The notes beneath the pieces were generated by a model. That model worked only from the letters and a program-made list of their open reading frames with translations. It was not told the DNA's origin and did no database searches. From NCBI GenBank assembly GCA_040285825.1, contig JAUPSS010000003.1, forward strand, positions 1,054,001 through 1,118,000: a stretch of 64,000 nt of DNA. Reading direction: 5' to 3'. Positions 59,721 through 64,000 of the stretch are shown one piece after another. Position numbers and translations under genes: made by a program. This DNA comes from Eukaryota sp. TZLM1-RC (Eukaryota > Protista > Metamonada: BaSk clade). Numbering within the stretch: the stretch's first letter is position 1; each line of letters opens with the position of its first letter.

Positions 59721-60999
59721 TCTAGTGTACTTGTTTTCGCTTCAAGAAAGGAGTAGTAGATTTGATTCCTAGATCAATTAAAAGAATATTGTTTTAAGCT
59801 TTCTTTTTTCATATACAAAACGTTTGGATTACTTTTATTATGAATATGGCAATGCATGAGATAGGGAAAATATGCCTGCAGGATTAACGCGATTTCCAAT
59901 AGGTGTTAGTAACATTAACATAAAATTATCAAGCAGGTAGTAATTTATACAGAATGAAGATAGCTTTATCGATACATAACAAATTTTCATTTTTTCCACC
60001 ATAAACAATCTTTAAAAAAACCAAGAATTCGTTGCGGTTGTCGACAACTAGTTGAACTGAAGAGACCAGGACGTTCTGTGTGGTTTCTGCTACTATCTGA
60101 AATCAAATTGCGAAGATAGCAAAATATGAGGGAAAAGTGAAACCGCCCAAAACCACCAGAGGTCGAGAGTGGGGTGATAAGTGTAAAATTTGATAGATGA
60201 GCTGTTTATTCTTATTACATGTCAGACACACTCCCTGGACCAAAAATGACTCATGATTATATGGACCCGTTGCTGAACTATCCAGAAATTATCCAGGAAC
60301 AGGCTTGCACTGAGCCCTACAGGGAGCTCTTTTCCAGCATTCTTGAGATTCCAAGTTGTGCAGGAAGTTATCCGCAATATATAAAGGTGATGATTTCTGG
60401 TTCAATCAAATGTACTAATGGAACTTCTTCTCATGAAAAATTTTCCTACCATTTGTTGAGAATGAACTATTTGGTGAGATCGACTCTTCCTCCTCTTTGG
60501 TTGATAAGGTTCAATTTGGCCAAATAGTTCCCCATTAATATATTGTAAATTGTTGTTTTATCAATGATTCAACATTTTTGATGAATAAACATTTTGTAAA
60601 TCCTTCAAGAAAACACAACATAAATTGAATTTGCTGGTCATTTCTAAAGAAAGAACCTAAAACTTGTATGTGTTTCACACATCAGTGTTTGCGTTCTTGT
60701 AGAAAAGTCAACAAGCCGAAATGAACATTATTGTAAAGTTGACAATATAATTATCCCTTTATATCATCATTTCTCTGAAACTGAATTGCTAAGTTGAAAA
60801 GATAAGTGTAAAAAATTAGCAGAAACTTACAGTCCTCACATAGGATGTGGTTTCAATATTGTCAAACTTGACATTCCACATATTATTAAGCTGTCTGAGA
60901 ACGAAGACTTTTTTAAGGGTGAAATCCATGCTAGTGAGTGGATTCAAAACTATAATTCAAATTTATTTTAATTAATTTCGTGTGTTGTGTAACGAAAAA

Positions 61000-63000
61000 T
61001 TGAAATGCAATTATTTCGTGATGCTATTCATGTGGTCACGTCTCAAAATTGAGGAGGAAAGTTCCCTTAGCGCAAAGACAAAAGCAAAGAGTTCGTTGTG
61101 CGCCATTGTTGGAATTCTATCACCAACATTTGAAAGACAAACTTGTTCCAAAAGTTTAAGTAATATTTTGCATTACACAATTGACAATCTGATTGTGAAT
61201 TTAAAAAAAACATCCAAGAGCTTACTTTGATTACTTGAATCGGTTTGTTGATGTTTTCTATAATGTTAAGAGAAATAATAATGTCTTGAAAAAGCAAGAC
61301 AAGAAGAACTTTTCATCAAACTTTTACTGCAGTTAAATTTCTCCTTCAAAAAGGGATGTATGAAGATTGATGGTGAAAGATCTGCAATGAAAAAAAGTCT
61401 CGTCAATTAGTATGCTTTTCCTTAATGGTCATATCCCTTATTTACTTCCCAATTCTAAAAGGGAAAAGTATTCAAAATTTGAATTTTCGTCAAAATCAAA
61501 TTTGTATTTCAGAGCCATGTCGAATATTAATAAATATTCTGAAAATGAGGAAAGTAAACTCTTTCATACTCTACCTTTGAAAAATTCTTGTATACCGTCC
61601 TATATCAAAATTGACAAGACAAATTTGTTAGACTTGTTCTTTGTTCAATTCAAGGACGTTCTTGGTCAAAGGTCGTCCTACCAATGCAATAATCAAGCTG
61701 CTGATTTGGTTTTATGGAATACCTTCTTGAAAATGGACCAGATTAAAAACACTAAACTTTATTCAGAAAATCCAAAGTAAATCATGTCAAGCATCGAGAC
61801 TGATCGAGTAGCAGTATCGTTCATTCAATCTAGAATGGACTTGAAACAATACAAGGTAATTGCAAATGAATTCAAAGAAAAGAAGAATAAATTGATGACC
61901 CCAGCTTCAATCCTTCTCATTTTCAAGATATGACCCTTGCTGCTGCTGATCCAGGGAAATCTGATCCACTCTATTTTTCTGCCAATTTATCTACTGGAAT
62001 GACTCATTCAAAAAAACCTGAGAGAGATAAATATGTTCATTTCAGGTACACTCAAAATCAACGAAGATTTGAGTCGAAAAGTTCCAAATTCAGAAGAATA
62101 AGAGACAGCATAAGGAATGACACTCTTATCACAATAAGTAAATTACTGGTAGAGTGATTGATCTATCCAATTATGAACCATCTGAAGAGCAACAACAAAG
62201 GATGGATTTAAACAGCAGTATAATTAGTCAAATGACTGAAAGAACAATTAGTTTATTAAGAGGAAAAGTATCTCAAGAAATCAATATTCCCCACGAAATT
62301 GATTACTCATTAAATTTGAGAAACAATGATCACACTACTAAATCTGTAGCAGAATGTGAAGCCACTTTATCCCAATTCAATTCCACAAGCTGCAGGTTTG
62401 ATAGATTTATGGCATATATTAAACAAAAAAATTATGTGAATAGTATTGTTGGTGAAGTCTATCATCAAAAAATATCGAGGAAACTAAGATGGTGGGCTGA
62501 GATTAATCGCACAAGATCTGAGGCGAAGATGATCCAGAGATTCAAATCAGTAATTGGTGATCCCAGCCCAGTAGTTATCGGAATCGGAGACTGGGAACAA
62601 CGAAAACACATGAAATTCAAAGAACCTACCAAAGGAAAAGGTTTGAGAACTCTATTTAAAAAGGCTGGTTATAAGGTCTTTTTGATTGATGAGTTTCGAA
62701 CCAGTTGTTGTTGTTTCAATTGTGAAGAAAGCGGAGAAAACAGTTGATGCATTCCGGTGGTGGAGAATTCCTAGGCCATGGAAGAGGCATGAGATGTTTA
62801 TTCGTCACAGGCTTACCATGTGTAAATCATGCGAAAGTTTGTGGAATAGAGATCGAAATGCTTCATTGAATATGTTGGCAATGATGGAAGCACATGTAAA
62901 AGGTGGAGATAGACTGGTATACCTACAAAGAGCCAAGGTTGATGAAGGTTCAAAGCAAAAGAAAATCTTCCATCTCAAATCAGTATCTTTACATTGGTGA
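61000..63000 (+). pseudogene. Fanzor1 (eukaryotic TnpB-family RNA-guided nuclease), frameshifted
   Basis: SIETD, RuvC-I AADPGK, QRRFE, E..LS.FNS, IGIGDW, IDEFRTS..C..C, CKSC..WNRDRNASLN, R..YL.R across ORFs 61412, 61930, 62154 and 62686; 5' boundary approximate. Confidence 0.9.
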
Positions 63001-63043
63001 AGGAAGGACACTTATTTCATTGTTATAGACAATATCTTTTAAA

Positions 63044-64000
63044 ATGACTGCAACAATGGTCAATGATACCTTTGAAGCACAGTTACTCAGTTTCAGGCGA
63101 GATCTTGAGAAGATTAGATCAATCTATAGCCCAACTTCAACATCCACTACTCCAACAACGCCTTCTTATACAGAATCAAAGCCAGTTCCAAATAGAAAAC
63201 CTCCAAAACCTGTACAAAAATACCAACCTTCCGCTCAACACACGTCTACTTTCCAGCATTCTTCCATTCCATTTCCTACCGACAATTCGTATGCTCGTTC
63301 TCAAATGTCAAGTCTCAAGAGCGATCTACGCCTTGCCCAGGATGAAATTAATTCACTTAAATCAAAACTAAGTCAGGCCGAGCAAGCTAACGACCATCTC
63401 CAACAATGCCTTGTTACTGCACACGATCAACTTGCGAATTTAAATCAAGAATTGATCTCAAATAATAAGACTCATTTAATTGACCAACTTCAATCCAAAC
63501 TGTCGGCTGAAATGTTTGAGAACTCAAGGCTCAGTGATCGGATCTCCGTTCTTGAACAAAGGCTACTAAGTAGGGAAAAGGAAAAAATAAGAGAGTCTGT
63601 TTCAATTCCTTTTGTGAATTCCCATTCTGGGGTGACTCAACAGCAGCATGATTCTTTAAAACAGCAGTATTCAAGTCTTGAGTCATTGTATAATAAATCA
63701 AAAACAGATAATACAGAGTTGCTGGCTAAATTGTCCATGTTAAATTCAGAAATCTCCCGAGTGTGTGCAGATAATGCCAAATTGGCTTCTTTGCTAGAAG
63801 AAAGTCAGAGAGGAACATTTGAAAGTATTAGTTATCTGAAGGGAAAACTAGAAGAGAAGGAAGGTGAAGTGTGCAGCTTGAATGGTAAGATAAGTGACTT
63901 AATGGATGAAATCACTGAAAAATCAAAGTACATTAGTGAATTGAGTCAATTATTAACTGATAATCAGTCAGGAGTGTTGCAAGCTGTTGGTGGTCTAGTT
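63044..64000 (+). CDS. Coiled-coil protein, runs off the window end
   Basis: Frame MTATMVNDTFEAQLL.. with heptad-rich sequence; absent from the ORF track, consistent with no stop inside the window. Confidence 0.75.
   Translation, partial: MTATMVNDTFEAQLLSFRRDLEKIRSIYSPTSTSTTPTTPSYTESKPVPNRKPPKPVQKYQPSAQHTSTFQHSSIPFPTDNSYARSQMSSLKSDLRLAQDEINSLKSKLSQAEQANDHLQQCLVTAHDQLANLNQELISNNKTHLIDQLQSKLSAEMFENSRLSDRISVLEQRLLSREKEKIRESVSIPFVNSHSGVTQQQHDSLKQQYSSLESLYNKSKTDNTELLAKLSMLNSEISRVCADNAKLASLLEESQRGTFESISYLKGKLEEKEGEVCSLNGKISDLMDEITEKSKYISELSQLLTDNQSGVLQAVGGLV

Noticed and set aside
59760-60980. Transposase or left end belonging to the Fanzor element
   Set aside because: No transposase motif, TIR or TSD could be identified

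Overview
AT-rich, gene-dense eukaryotic DNA from a flagellated protist, using the standard code (TAA, TAG and TGA all end host genes). The compact style suggests a free-living metamonad-like lineage, which is inference only. Host genes: Sly1, Hsp110, cathepsin B, PIERCE1, NOC3, C10/GRCC10, Hikeshi, SLX4-like, a metallophosphoesterase, and RCC1-, HEAT- and BTB-like proteins; two of them carry 29-32 nt introns. Divergent U1 and U2 snRNA genes share a 26-bp upstream element. The U1 5' end reads ACAUACC instead of ACUUACC, matching the GTATGT donor seen in the window. Roughly half the window is mobile DNA: at least three families of CRE-like (RT plus restriction-like endonuclease) LINEs with 10-11 bp TSDs, a tandem TRIM-like array with 95-bp LTRs plus a related solo LTR, a full-length Ty3/gypsy element whose 128-bp LTRs carry the snRNA promoter core, a deleted MULE and a hAT-type end. 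There are two decayed Fanzor1 (eukaryotic TnpB) copies; one is followed by a strongly structured ~190-nt omega-RNA candidate and then the hAT-type end. A second, unexplained structured RNA with an intron-like segment lies at 59.46-59.72 kb.
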